From IMG/VR virus record IMGVR_UViG_3300050343_000159: a stretch of 64,000 nucleotides of DNA. One strand, 5' to 3'. The notes below the pieces were generated by a model. The model made no database searches and was not told where the DNA came from. It was given only the letters and a program-made list of their open reading frames with translations. Positions 21,452 to 32,271 of the stretch are shown here, piece by piece. Positions within the stretch are counted from its first letter, which is position 1. Each line of letters begins with the position of its first letter. Origin of the DNA: a virus. Lineage: Duplodnaviria; Caudoviricetes. Made by a program: the position numbers and the translations under genes.

Positions 21452-22943
21452 ATGGCTCATTTGATAATCGAGAAGGTAAATGAAGTTTACCTCAAGATTG
21501 ATACCGAACCACATGTTGAACATGAACTAAGAGACCGATTTACCTTTGAGGTAGAAGGTGCAAAGTTCATGCCTCAATATCGAAGACGACATTGGAACGG
21601 AGAGATTCACTTGTTCGATATGAGAACAAAGAGGATCTATGTTGGTCTGCTTGATAAGATTGTAACCTTCTGTGAGCAATCAAGTTATACCTATGAGTTC
21701 AAGGATAATAAGTTTTATGGTTTACCTTTTGAAGTCAATGAGATGATTTCAAAGGAAGGTGTCAAAGATTATATGGCATCTATCACCGGTCCTGACATCA
21801 AAGCCAGAGACTATCAGATTGATGCTGTATATGATGCCCTGAGATATAACAGAAAACTTCTCATCTCACCAACTGCATCTGGTAAGTCATTCATGATTTA
21901 CTCTGTAGTAAGATTCCATGTTGGTCTAAAGAGAAAGGTTCTACTTGTAGTCCCTACTACATCCCTTGTGGAACAGATGTATAAGGACTTTGAATCATAT
22001 GGTTGGGATGCTCAGAACCATTGTCATAGGATCTATGCCGGTCGTGAGAGAGTGAATACCAATGAGGTTACTATCACCACCTGGCAATCTGTCTATCAAT
22101 TAGATCGCTCCTTTTTTGAGGAGTATGATGTTGTGATTGGTGACGAGGCTCATCTCTTTAAGAGCAAGTCTCTTGTGGGTATTATGGATAAGTTACATCA
22201 TGCCAAGTATAGATATGGGTTCACAGGAACTTTAGATGGAACACAGACCCATAAATGGGTGTTAGAGGGATTGTTTGGACCATCATACAAAGTAACAGGA
22301 ACTAAAAAACTTATTGATGAAGGACATCTAGCAACTCTAGATATTCAGTGTATTGTTCTGAAGTATAAACCACAGAAGTTTGATGTGTTTGAGGATGAGA
22401 TTCAGTTCTTGATTGGTCATCCTACAAGGAACAAGTTTATTAGAAATCTAGCTCTAGACCTGAAGGGTAATACTCTCATTCTCTATGCAAGAGTAGAGGC
22501 TCATGGTGCTATTTTATATGAAGAGATAAATAAAAGAGTGAAAGAAGATAGGAAAGTCTTCTTTATTCATGGTGGTGTAGATGCTGAAGATAGAGAAGAA
22601 GTTAGGCGTATCACTGAAGAAGAGAGTGATGCCATCATTGTAGCTTCATATGGAACATTCAGTACTGGTATTAATATCAAAAACCTACATAATGTAATAT
22701 TTGCCTCTCCATCAAAAAGTAGGATTAGAAACCTACAATCTATTGGTAGAGTCCTCCGTAAAGGCAAAGATAAGGTGAAAGCAAAACTATACGATATTGC
22801 TGACGACACTACACTCAATAGTCGTAAGAACTATACACTGAACCATTTCAATATTAAGACTGAACCATTTCATTGAACGCGTTAAGATTTACAATCAAGA
22901 ACAATTTAACTATGAAATATCAACAATCGATATCAAGGAGTAA
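21452..22943 (+). CDS. uvsW: DNA helicase UvsW (C-terminus frameshifted by a 22-nt insertion at about 22851-22872)
   Basis: SPTASGKS, GDEAH, GFTGT, QSIGRVLR; expected C-terminus ...LNHFIERVKIYNQEQFNYEISTIDIKE resumes after the duplication and ends at TAA 22943. Confidence 0.93.
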
Positions 22944-22946
22944 TCT

Positions 22947-23333
22947 ATGGAAGAAGAATTCTATGCATCAATTAAACTAAAACATTCAGGAGAAGAAATC
23001 TTTAGTAAGGTATGTGCAAATGAAGAGGATGATAGGACAATGTTGATTCTATCAAATCCAATTATAGTGGAAGAGATTAAGTTCAGAGGGAAACCTGCTG
23101 GATATAAAATGGAACCCTGGTTGAAAACAACCACTCAAGATATGTTCGTCATTAACTTATCTGATGTATTAACTATGTCGGAGTCTTGTGATGTGGAAAT
23201 GATTTGTTATTATGAAGATTATATTTCTAAGGTTGATAAACCTAATCAATCAGAGTTGAATAGAAAGATGGGTTACTTAGGAACCGTAGAGGAAACTAAG
23301 AAGAATTTAGAGAAACTCTTTAAAGCTAGCTAA
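22947..23333 (+). CDS. Conserved T4-like cyanophage hypothetical protein
   Basis: FYASIKLKHSGEEIFSKV...KMEPWLK; position between uvsW and g55. Confidence 0.7.
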   Translation: MEEEFYASIKLKHSGEEIFSKVCANEEDDRTMLILSNPIIVEEIKFRGKPAGYKMEPWLKTTTQDMFVINLSDVLTMSESCDVEMICYYEDYISKVDKPNQSELNRKMGYLGTVEETKKNLEKLFKAS

Positions 23334-23381
23334 GCCCAACCTTTATGGTTAACAAACCTATTGTAGTGAAATCTCATGAGT

Positions 23382-23410
23382 TTGTTAAGTCCAGTATTTT
23401 CAGGTATAAT
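23382..23410 (+). promoter_or_regulatory. Sigma70-type promoter for g55
   Basis: TTGTTA-17 nt-TATAAT. Confidence 0.55.
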
Positions 23411-23431
23411 ACTTGAAGATATTTCAATATT

Positions 23432-23935
23432 ATGACTACCGCCCATGCTTATGGAACAATGAGAAGAAAAGCAAAACCCGAACACTACGTTAATAACAAA
23501 GAGTTCCTAGAGGCACTTGAGAACTACTTCGCAGAGATCGAACGAGCTAAGCTGAATGATAAGCCAAAGCCTCAGATTCCTCGTTACATCGGTGAGTGTT
23601 TCTTGAAGATTGCTAATCATCTCTCCTATAAGCCCAACTTTGTGAACTACATGTTCAAGGATGATATGATCTGTGATGGTATTGAGAACTGTGTTCGATA
23701 TATCCACAACTTTAGTCCTGAGAAGTCAAAGAATCCTTTTGCTTATTTCACTCAGATTATCTACTTTGCTTTCCTCCGTCGTATCTCCATGGAGAAGAAG
23801 CAACTAGAGATTAAGAATAAGATTCTTGAGAAGTCAAACTTTGATGAAGTGTTTGATTCCAATGACCTTGACAGTGACAACTATTCAGACTATAATCAAA
23901 TCAAGGATGCTGTTCACTCTAAGCTAAGAAACTGA
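23432..23935 (+). CDS. g55: Late-transcription sigma factor gp55
   Basis: HYVNNKEFL, KPNFVNY, NPFAYFTQIIYFAFLRRI. Confidence 0.97.
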   Translation: MTTAHAYGTMRRKAKPEHYVNNKEFLEALENYFAEIERAKLNDKPKPQIPRYIGECFLKIANHLSYKPNFVNYMFKDDMICDGIENCVRYIHNFSPEKSKNPFAYFTQIIYFAFLRRISMEKKQLEIKNKILEKSNFDEVFDSNDLDSDNYSDYNQIKDAVHSKLRN

Positions 23936-24993
23936 TGAGTAAGGTTGCTATCATTACGGATACTCATTTCGGAAACCAACCCTAAAAAGCCAGGAAAGGG
24001 TCTAAATTATTTCATGATTATTTTGAGAAGTTCTATAATGATATCTTCTTTCCTAATCTAGATGAACATGGAATTGATACCGTCATTCATATGGGTGATG
24101 CTTTCGATAGTCGAAAGGGTATTGATTTTAAAGCACTAGATTGGGCAAAACGAGTAGTATTCGAACCTCTCAAACAGAGAGGTATTACTATGCACCTTAT
24201 GGTTGGTAACCATGATGCATACTATAAGAATACTAATAGTATCAATGCTGTTGAACTCCTACTACAGGAGTATGATAATGTAATCACATACTCCAAAGCC
24301 CAAGAAGTTGAAATTGGTGGATTGGGTGTCCTGTTTATTCCTTGGATTAATGATGAAAATTCTGAAGATACTTTCAAGCTTATTAAAGATAGCAGTGTGC
24401 GATGCGCGATGGGGCATCTCGAACTCACGGGATTTAGAGCTCATCGTGGGTGCATCATGGAAAACGGTCTTGACAGCCAACTATTTGAGAACTACGAAGT
24501 GGTCTTCTCTGGACACTACCACACTCGATCATCCGATGGGAAGATCTTCTATCTGGGAAATCCCTACGAGATGTTCTGGAACGATGTCAACGACACAAGA
24601 GGATTCCACCTCTTCGACACAGAAACCCTAGAACATACTCCTATTGATAATCCTTATCAGTTGTTCCACAACTTATACTATGAGGATACGGATCATCAGA
24701 TGTTTGATGTGACATCTTATGAGAATAAGATTGTTAAAGTGATTGTGAAGAAGAAGACTGATAGTAAAAAATTTGAGAAGTATATTGACAAACTTTACTC
24801 TGTTGGTGTAGCAGATTTGAAGATTGTTGAGAACTTTCAACTCACTGAGTCTGAGGACTTTGAGGTTGAAGAATCAGAAGATACCCTTTCTATCCTTGAT
24901 AGATATATTGGAGAATCAGAAACAGACCTGAGCAAAGAACGTATTCAGAATGTTATGAGATCAATCTATCAGGAAGCATGTGAAACCGTCTAA
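23935..24993 (+). CDS. g47: Recombination endonuclease subunit gp47 (SbcD/Mre11-like); 15-nt insertion with in-frame TAA near the 5' end
   Basis: ITDTHFG...ARKGS, HMGDAFDSRK, GNHDAYYKN, SGHYH; 23935 and 24091 are in the same frame. Confidence 0.92.
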
Positions 24994-25265
24994 TGTTTAT
25001 TATTGCAGTTGAAGGTAAAGAAAAAGAAGGAGCATACTCAGTTATCGATGAGGATGGAGAACAGGTTCTTTATATCTTTGTTGATGGTGATGATGCCACC
25101 AGATACTGTATGCAACTTGAAGAACTGGACTATCCTAAGATGAAGGTTCTAGAGATAGATGATAAACTTATGGTCAAGACCTGTGAAATGCATGAACACA
25201 GGTATACCATCATTACACCTAATGATATTGTGATTCCCCCCGACAACGCAGATGATTATCTTTGA
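24993..25265 (+). CDS. Conserved hypothetical protein
   Basis: 90 aa, TAATG-coupled, between g47 and g46. Confidence 0.7.
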   Translation: MFIIAVEGKEKEGAYSVIDEDGEQVLYIFVDGDDATRYCMQLEELDYPKMKVLEIDDKLMVKTCEMHEHRYTIITPNDIVIPPDNADDYL

Positions 25266-26961
25266 GAAGGTAAGATGGCGGAACTTTTTAAGTACCGGCA
25301 ACCAATTTACAGAAATACAATTGAATGAATCACAATCTACAATGATTGTAGGAACCAACGGGGCCGGGAAATCTACGATTTTGGATGCTCTGTGTTTCTC
25401 TCTGTATGGTAAGGCATTCAGGAAGATCAAGAAGGATCAACTAATCAATACTACCAACGAGAAAGGTGCGGTAGTTGAGATTGAGTTTAATGTCAATAAA
25501 GTTGATTGGAAGATTGAAAGGGGAATCAAACCAAACACATTCAAGATCTGGCGTAATGGTGAAGAACTAGATCAAAAAGCATCTGCCATTGATCAACAGA
25601 AGTGGTTAGAACAAAATGTATTGAAGATGAACTATAAGAGTTTCACACAGATTGTGATTCTAGGTAGTAGTTCGTTTGTACCATTCATGCAACTCCCTGC
25701 AACCAGTAGGAGAGAAGTAGTAGAAGATTTGTTGGATATTAAGATCTTTTCTTCTATGAATGTATTAATCAAAGATAAGATTCGTAGTCTGAAAGAAAGT
25801 ATTAGAACTCTAGAACTAAAGAAAGAGTCACTCAATGATAAGGTTCGGATGCAAAAGAACTTTATTGATGAGCTAGAAACTCGTAGTCAGGATGATATCA
25901 AACAGAAAGAATATAAGATTGGGGAACTTCTAAACGAAGAGAATAGTTATATGGGTAGTAATGAGAACCTGAACCGGGAACTTGTTACACTACAGGATGA
26001 ACTCAAAGACTACTCTGACACTGGTAAGAAACTTCGTGAGTTTGGTAACATCAAAGGTAAACTATCTCAACGTATCTCTACATTAGTTAAAGACCATAAG
26101 TTTTTTAACGATAATACGGTTTGTCCCACCTGTGATCAGGACATTGAAGATTCGTTTAGGTTAAATAGAATTGAACGCTCTCAAACTAAAGCAAAAGAGT
26201 TGCAGAAGGGTTATGAAGAACTCTTAGTGGCAATTAAAGATGAAGAGAATAGAGAGTCTCACTTCAAGTCCTTATCAGGAGAAATCAGTAAAGTACTTAA
26301 TGGCATTACTTCTAACAACTCTCAGATCACTAGTTGTCAACGGCAGGTTAAATCAATTGAATCAGAAATTCAAACACTTACCAAACAACTTGAAGACCGA
26401 AATACTGAGCACGAAAAGCTTGAACAGTTTAGAGAAACACTCCAAACAACTTATGAAGAGTTAGCTGTTAAGAGAGAAGATATCTCCTACTATGACTTTA
26501 CATATAACCTCTTGAAGGACGGTGGTGTAAAGACAAAGATTATCAAGAAGTATCTTCCACTGATTAATAAACAGGTGAATAAGTATCTCCAGAAGATGGA
26601 GTTCTATATCAACTTCACCTTGGACGAAGAATTCAACGAGACAGTACAGTCTCCTATTCATGAAGACTTTTCCTACTCTTCTTTCTCAGAAGGTGAGAAG
26701 ATGAGGATCGATCTTGCTCTTCTATTCACATGGAGAGAGGTTGCAAGGTATAAGAACTCAGTAAATACCAACCTTCTGATTATGGATGAGGTATTTGATA
26801 GTTCTCTGGATGGTTTTGGTACAGATGAATTCCTTAAAATCATTCGTTATGAGATACAAGATGCTAATATTTTTGTAATCTCTCACAAGGAATCACTATT
26901 TGATAAGTTTCAAAATGTTATTAAGTTTGAGAAATGTAAAGGTTTCTCAAGAAAAGTGTAA
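25252..26961 (+). CDS. g46: Recombination ATPase subunit gp46 (SbcC/Rad50-like)
   Basis: GTNGAGKST Walker A, CPTC zinc hook, FSEGEKMRIDL signature, MDEVFDSSLD. Confidence 0.97.
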   Translation: MIIFEKVRWRNFLSTGNQFTEIQLNESQSTMIVGTNGAGKSTILDALCFSLYGKAFRKIKKDQLINTTNEKGAVVEIEFNVNKVDWKIERGIKPNTFKIWRNGEELDQKASAIDQQKWLEQNVLKMNYKSFTQIVILGSSSFVPFMQLPATSRREVVEDLLDIKIFSSMNVLIKDKIRSLKESIRTLELKKESLNDKVRMQKNFIDELETRSQDDIKQKEYKIGELLNEENSYMGSNENLNRELVTLQDELKDYSDTGKKLREFGNIKGKLSQRISTLVKDHKFFNDNTVCPTCDQDIEDSFRLNRIERSQTKAKELQKGYEELLVAIKDEENRESHFKSLSGEISKVLNGITSNNSQITSCQRQVKSIESEIQTLTKQLEDRNTEHEKLEQFRETLQTTYEELAVKREDISYYDFTYNLLKDGGVKTKIIKKYLPLINKQVNKYLQKMEFYINFTLDEEFNETVQSPIHEDFSYSSFSEGEKMRIDLALLFTWREVARYKNSVNTNLLIMDEVFDSSLDGFGTDEFLKIIRYEIQDANIFVISHKESLFDKFQNVIKFEKCKGFSRKV

Positions 26962-27029
26962 GAAGATACAAATGTTAGTGAACTAACACAAAGTATACTA
27001 TATAATAAAGATATCATGGGAGAAACATC

Positions 27030-27200
27030 ATGAAAAACTTGGTATCACGTAATGAGCTCGCAACTTGGGAGTGGGATGAAAAAACTACAGGGGAGGAAAA
27101 GTACGATCAAGTGACAGAATACTTTCAATGTATTACTGAGTGCGACATTCCAGATCACGACGCTAAACGATTCTGTAGACACATTTTAACTACTACTTAA
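27030..27200 (+). CDS. Small Cys-containing hypothetical protein (56 aa), missed by the track
   Basis: GGAG RBS; MKNLVSRNELATWEW...YFQCITECDIPDHDAKRFCRHIL. Confidence 0.6.
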   Translation: MKNLVSRNELATWEWDEKTTGEEKYDQVTEYFQCITECDIPDHDAKRFCRHILTTT

Positions 27201-27235
27201 TCATATAAAAACAACTCAGGAGTTGCCTACCAAAG

Positions 27236-27256
27236 AACCCCCCGAAAGGGGGGTTT
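27236..27256 (+). terminator. Intrinsic terminator hairpin
   Basis: AACCCCCC-GAAA-GGGGGGTT, GNRA loop. Confidence 0.7.
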
Positions 27257-27343
27257 GGTGTGCCAGTTGTTAAAATGGTAGAACCCTCTCAATAATTTTG
27301 TTACTCACCACTAAAATGCTTTATAAGTGAATGAGACACCACA

Positions 27344-29410
27344 ATGGTAAATTACGAGATCAAGTCACAACTAGCAAAACTCCTGGCTACTGAGGATCTT
27401 GTGGTTGAGAATCGTAATGCTCAAACTGCATCCTTTGATGTTGAGAACAGGGTATTGACTCTACCAATGTGGGAGAAAGCATCAGGAACTGTTTATGATA
27501 TGTTGGTTGGTCATGAGGTAGGTCACGCACTCTTTACTCCTGATGATTGGTCTTGGGAGAAGAGAGTTCCCCGTTCTTTTGTGAATATCACAGAAGATGC
27601 TAGGATTGAGAAACTTATGAAACGTAAGTATCCTGGACTGACTAAAACATTTTACAGAGCATATAAAGATCTATCAGAGGAAGACTTCTTTGAACTGAGT
27701 GATGTGGATATCAATGAGATGAACCTGGCTGATCGTATCAATCTGAAGTATAAGATTGGAAACTGGGTTGATGTTCCATTCACTGATGAAGAAATGGAAC
27801 TGGTTGAATTGGTTGGTAAAAGTGAAACCTTTGGAGAAGCAGTATTTGCAGCAGAAGAAGTATATCGATATACCAAAGAACAACTCAATACACAAACTCC
27901 ACAACCAAATCTTGAAGAAGTAGTGGAGACACCTCAGGGAAATGGTAAAGAGATTGAGCCTGAAGAAACAGAAGAATCTAGTGAACCAACACTCGATACT
28001 CCTGAGATGGAGGGTGAGGATCATAGTGAAGGTGAGTCAATCCAACAACAACCTCAAGAGATAGAACCTGAAGTTACAACTGATGATGTATTCTCAGAGA
28101 ACATATCTGAGTTGAACAGTCGATCAGATCTAACAGGTGGCAACTCTTACTATCAGATTCCTAAGTTGAACTATGATGATGTTGTTGTTCCTAACTCCGA
28201 GATTCATGAGTTGGTTGATGTATATTGGAGAACTTATGTGGACGATGTATTTGAAGAAGCAGACAGTGATTACTCCAAGTTCAAGAAGTCGGCACAGAAA
28301 GAAGTAAACTATCTTGTAAAAGAGTTTGAGTGTAAGAAGTCAGCTGACTCATATGCTAGAACCACTACTTCAAGAACTGGTGTTCTGGATTGTACTAAAC
28401 TTCACACCTACAAATACAACGAAGATCTCTTCAAGAAAGTATCTGTAATTCCTGATGGCAAGAATCATGGTCTAGTCTTTATTCTTGATTGGTCTGGATC
28501 TATGTGTGATTCTCTTCTTGATACAATCAAACAACTCTATAACTTGGTCTGGTTCTGTAGTAAGGTCAATATCCCTTTTGATGTCTATGCTTTCAGTAAC
28601 ACATACAATCGTGGACAACAAGAGTCTAAGTTTCATAATGAGGTAGAGAAAGGTAATTTTGTAGTTGGTGGTGATTTTAAGTTGATGCACTTCTTGAGTA
28701 GTAAGGTAAACAAGAAAACACTTGATAATCAACTACTCAATATCTGGAGAATTTCTCGTCAGTTCCGAGTTTACTCACCCTACAATATTCCATTACAAGT
28801 ATCTCTTTCTGGTACACCTCTGAATGAATCACTGGTAGCTTTACATACTATTCTTCCTAAGTTCAAAAGAGAGAATCAACTTCAAAAAGTTCAGTGTGTG
28901 ATTCTCACTGATGGTGAAGCACATCAACTTTACTACTTTGACTACTACACTGGATACTACGATAAAAAGGAACAGTTAGCTCCCCGTCAGTGTAGAGGTA
29001 TGAGAGGTTATCTTCGCAATCGTAAGACTGGATACACTTATCAGATTGGATATCAGTATTGGGATTTTACTGATATTCTTCTCAAGGATCTCAAACAATC
29101 TTTTCCTGATACGAACTTCATTGGTATTCGACTTGTAGCTCCTCGTGACTTCGCTACCTTCCTTAGGAGGTACGGTTTCCTAAGTGAACTAGATCTCAAG
29201 AAAGCACGTAAGGATAAGAGTTATAATATTCAAGGATCTGGATACGATGCATACTTTGCAATGATCCAAAACTCTCTTTCCTCAGATGCAGAGTTTGAGG
29301 TTGAAGATGAGGCAAGTAAGACTAGAATCAAATCAGCATTCATGAAGTCACTTAAAGCCAAGTCCCTAAATAAGAAGGTTTTAAGTAAGTTTGTGGATTT
29401 GGTTTGTTAA
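27344..29410 (+). CDS. Metallopeptidase-like/vWA domain protein (CobT-like partner)
   Basis: GHEVGH (HExxH); FILDWSGSM MIDAS motif; SGTPL; LTDGE. Confidence 0.85.
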   Translation: MVNYEIKSQLAKLLATEDLVVENRNAQTASFDVENRVLTLPMWEKASGTVYDMLVGHEVGHALFTPDDWSWEKRVPRSFVNITEDARIEKLMKRKYPGLTKTFYRAYKDLSEEDFFELSDVDINEMNLADRINLKYKIGNWVDVPFTDEEMELVELVGKSETFGEAVFAAEEVYRYTKEQLNTQTPQPNLEEVVETPQGNGKEIEPEETEESSEPTLDTPEMEGEDHSEGESIQQQPQEIEPEVTTDDVFSENISELNSRSDLTGGNSYYQIPKLNYDDVVVPNSEIHELVDVYWRTYVDDVFEEADSDYSKFKKSAQKEVNYLVKEFECKKSADSYARTTTSRTGVLDCTKLHTYKYNEDLFKKVSVIPDGKNHGLVFILDWSGSMCDSLLDTIKQLYNLVWFCSKVNIPFDVYAFSNTYNRGQQESKFHNEVEKGNFVVGGDFKLMHFLSSKVNKKTLDNQLLNIWRISRQFRVYSPYNIPLQVSLSGTPLNESLVALHTILPKFKRENQLQKVQCVILTDGEAHQLYYFDYYTGYYDKKEQLAPRQCRGMRGYLRNRKTGYTYQIGYQYWDFTDILLKDLKQSFPDTNFIGIRLVAPRDFATFLRRYGFLSELDLKKARKDKSYNIQGSGYDAYFAMIQNSLSSDAEFEVEDEASKTRIKSAFMKSLKAKSLNKKVLSKFVDLVC

Positions 29411-29456
29411 TGTTACTCACCTCCAAATTGCTCAATTACTGAAGAACCTTATTATC

Positions 29457-30551
29457 ATGTCTCTGTCTACCGAATACATTGTTTCATCCCTTCAATCACT
29501 TTACGGTGAATCCGTAACCACTGGTGATATTAGAGCCTGGTGTGCAATGAATGGTTGTTCCTATCCAACTGTAACTAAAAAGATTTCTGATTATAAATCA
29601 GGTCGTGGTAAGTGGGAACTTAGTGTTCAAGAAATCAAAGAAGAACTAGAAGAAACATATACATCACCATCGGTAGAAAATCACATCGAGCAAGATCTAG
29701 TCCCATCAAAAGATGATACCTTCGTCCAGTTTGGTAACTTTGTTGATATTAAAAAGATTATTAAGTCCGGTCTATTTTACCCTACATTTATTACGGGTCT
29801 TTCGGGCAACGGTAAGACGTTGGGTGTCGAGCAAGCTTGTGCGGTACTTAAAAGGGAGTTGATTCGTGTCAACATTACCATCGAAACTGACGAAGACGAT
29901 CTTATTGGTGGCTTTCGTCTTGTTAATGGTGAAACTGTTTGGCATAATGGTCCAGTCATCGAAGCTCTGGAACGGGGAGCTGTTCTTCTTCTAGACGAAG
30001 TTGATCTGGCATCTAACAAGATTCTGTGTCTTCAATCTATCCTGGAAGGTAAGGGTGTATTTCTCAAGAAGATTGGTAAGTTTATTCAACCTAAAGATGG
30101 TTTCACTATCATCGCCACAGCAAACACTAAGGGTAAAGGTTCTGAGGATGGTAGGTTCATTGGTACCAACGTTCTCAACGAAGCCTTCCTAGAGAGGTTC
30201 TGTGTAACCTTTGAACAAGAATATCCTACCCCTCAGGTAGAAACCAAGATTCTTGGTCATCTGTGTGATGATAAGAAGTTCTGTAAGCACTTGGCTGACT
30301 GGGCTGATATCATCCGTAAGACCTTCAATGAGGGTGGTATTGATGAGGTTATTAGTACCCGTCGTTTGGTTCACATCGTCAAAGCATATTCAATCTTTAA
30401 TGATAAGACCAAAGCAATTGGAGTTTGTCTCAATCGTTTCGATGATGAGACGAAACAATCTTTTATTGAACTCTATGATAAGGTTGATCTAGAATTTCAA
30501 ATGGACGAATTGGAGGACCAAATGTATGTTGAAGAAACACCTGAATTCTGA
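29457..30551 (+). CDS. cobS: MoxR/CobS-like AAA+ ATPase
   Basis: GLSGNGKT Walker A, LLLDEVD Walker B, ATANTKG, NEAFLERF; likely ATG at MSLSTEY. Confidence 0.88.
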   Translation: MSLSTEYIVSSLQSLYGESVTTGDIRAWCAMNGCSYPTVTKKISDYKSGRGKWELSVQEIKEELEETYTSPSVENHIEQDLVPSKDDTFVQFGNFVDIKKIIKSGLFYPTFITGLSGNGKTLGVEQACAVLKRELIRVNITIETDEDDLIGGFRLVNGETVWHNGPVIEALERGAVLLLDEVDLASNKILCLQSILEGKGVFLKKIGKFIQPKDGFTIIATANTKGKGSEDGRFIGTNVLNEAFLERFCVTFEQEYPTPQVETKILGHLCDDKKFCKHLADWADIIRKTFNEGGIDEVISTRRLVHIVKAYSIFNDKTKAIGVCLNRFDDETKQSFIELYDKVDLEFQMDELEDQMYVEETPEF

Positions 30552-30563
30552 TATACTTAAACT

Positions 30564-31076
30564 ATGAACGCATGGTCACTACTTTATGAGGAACTTGACA
30601 TGAGCAACATTGAAGAGGGAAATCCCCAAGAATTTTGGACAGAAGATGGAATCAGTCTAACAGGAAATCCCTATATTACTGGAATTGATACTGGAACTTT
30701 TGTTGGAAGTGGTATCCTAGGAGGAATGGGTGACGATCACATCACCTTTGATGGTCCAGTCAGTATTCCTGATTTTCCTACAACAAAACCACGATGGAAG
30801 TATGATGAGGAGAAGATCCTCTCGGAGTTGTCCGATTATATTTCTGGCACATATAACCAACACTATTCTGCTGGTACTGATAAGGTACAGACACTTGATC
30901 TCATTGAAGCCTGTGGTGACGGTGAATCATTTTGTCGATCTAACATCCTAAAGTACGCCTCTCGATATGATAAGAAAGGTACAGCACGACGTGACATCAT
31001 GAAGATCCTGCATTATGCTGTTCTTCTGTTACACTTCAACGACAAAAACGCACAACGAGAAACCTATCCTCAATGA
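30564..31076 (+). CDS. DUF3310-like conserved phage protein
   Basis: HYSAG...QTLDLI...FCRSNILKYASRYDKKG...DIMKILHYA. Confidence 0.75.
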   Translation: MNAWSLLYEELDMSNIEEGNPQEFWTEDGISLTGNPYITGIDTGTFVGSGILGGMGDDHITFDGPVSIPDFPTTKPRWKYDEEKILSELSDYISGTYNQHYSAGTDKVQTLDLIEACGDGESFCRSNILKYASRYDKKGTARRDIMKILHYAVLLLHFNDKNAQRETYPQ

Positions 31077-31744
31077 CAATGAAACTTTCTGAATCAACCG
31101 TTAATCTTCTCAAGAACTTTAGTTCTATCAATCAATCTATCCTGTTCAAGGAAGGAACTAAACTTCGTACTATTTCGGTTATGAAGAACATCCTGGTTGA
31201 AGCAAATGTAGCTGAGGAGTTCCCACGGGACTTTGGTATCTACGATCTAAACCAGTTCCTTAATGGTTTGTCTCTTCATGCTAACGCTGAACTGAACTTT
31301 GATAATCAGGAATATGTTCTGATCAAAGAAGGTCGTATGAGGAGTAAGTATTTCTTCGCTGATCCTTCTGTGATTGTTGCACCTCCTGAGAAAGAGATTA
31401 CTCTTCCTTCTGAGGATGTTAAGTTTGAACTCACATCACAACAACTAGAGAAACTGAAGAAAGCATCTTCTGTGTATCAACTTCCTGATGTGTCTGTGGT
31501 TGGTGAGGCTGGTGTAATCAAACTGGTTGCACGAGACAAGAAGAATGATACTTCCAATGACTTCAGTATCATTGTTGGTGAGACTGAAGATGAGTTCACA
31601 TTCAACTTCAAAGAAGAGAATCTGAAGATTGTTCCTGGTAACTATGATGTTACAGTATCTTCCAAACTCCTTTCCAAGTTCGTCAATCAGAACATCGACG
31701 TAGTATACTACATTGCATTGGAACCTGATTCTACCTTTGGCTGA
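31073..31744 (+). CDS. g45: Sliding clamp
   Basis: LKNFSSINQSI, FGIYDLNQFL, YYIALEPDS. Confidence 0.96.
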   Translation: MTMKLSESTVNLLKNFSSINQSILFKEGTKLRTISVMKNILVEANVAEEFPRDFGIYDLNQFLNGLSLHANAELNFDNQEYVLIKEGRMRSKYFFADPSVIVAPPEKEITLPSEDVKFELTSQQLEKLKKASSVYQLPDVSVVGEAGVIKLVARDKKNDTSNDFSIIVGETEDEFTFNFKEENLKIVPGNYDVTVSSKLLSKFVNQNIDVVYYIALEPDSTFG

Positions 31745-32271
31745 TGAACATTTTCGTTACTGACCCTGACCCTATCAAGTCTGCTCAAGTCCTTCCTGAC
31801 AAACACATTGTCAAGATGCCACTTGAGACTTGTCAGATGTTGGCTATTGTCTGTTCTGACAAATGGGGTCATGGGTTTGGTCAACTCCATCGTCAAGATG
31901 GTGAACCATACAAGACAGAGAAAGGTGCATTCCGTAACCATCCCTGTACTGTGTGGGCTAACTCTTTTGTGATGAACTGGCAGTGGCTCCTTCGCCACGG
32001 TCTTGCTCTCTGTGATGAGTACAAGAACCGTTATGGTAAGGAACACACTTGTCTGCAACCACTACAAGAAGCTCGTATCATACTCCCCACTGGAGACCCT
32101 ACAGGACGGTCTGGCAAAGATACCACACCGTTCGTTAGAGCTATGCCTGATGAGTTCAAACTAGATACTAGTATCTCAACCTTTGATGCATACAAGATGT
32201 ACATTGGTTCTAAACCGTGGGTATCTGACAACTACCTTCGTATTCCTGATCGTAAACCTGAATGGGTATGA
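31744..32271 (+). CDS. Pyrimidine-dimer DNA glycosylase-like protein
   Basis: MNIF...DKHIVKMPLETCQML...HPCTVW...LCDEYKNRYGKEH. Confidence 0.8.
   Translation: MNIFVTDPDPIKSAQVLPDKHIVKMPLETCQMLAIVCSDKWGHGFGQLHRQDGEPYKTEKGAFRNHPCTVWANSFVMNWQWLLRHGLALCDEYKNRYGKEHTCLQPLQEARIILPTGDPTGRSGKDTTPFVRAMPDEFKLDTSISTFDAYKMYIGSKPWVSDNYLRIPDRKPEWV

Noticed and set aside
26957-26970. NtcA box
   Set aside because: GTA and TAC are separated by 6 nt, not the canonical 8.
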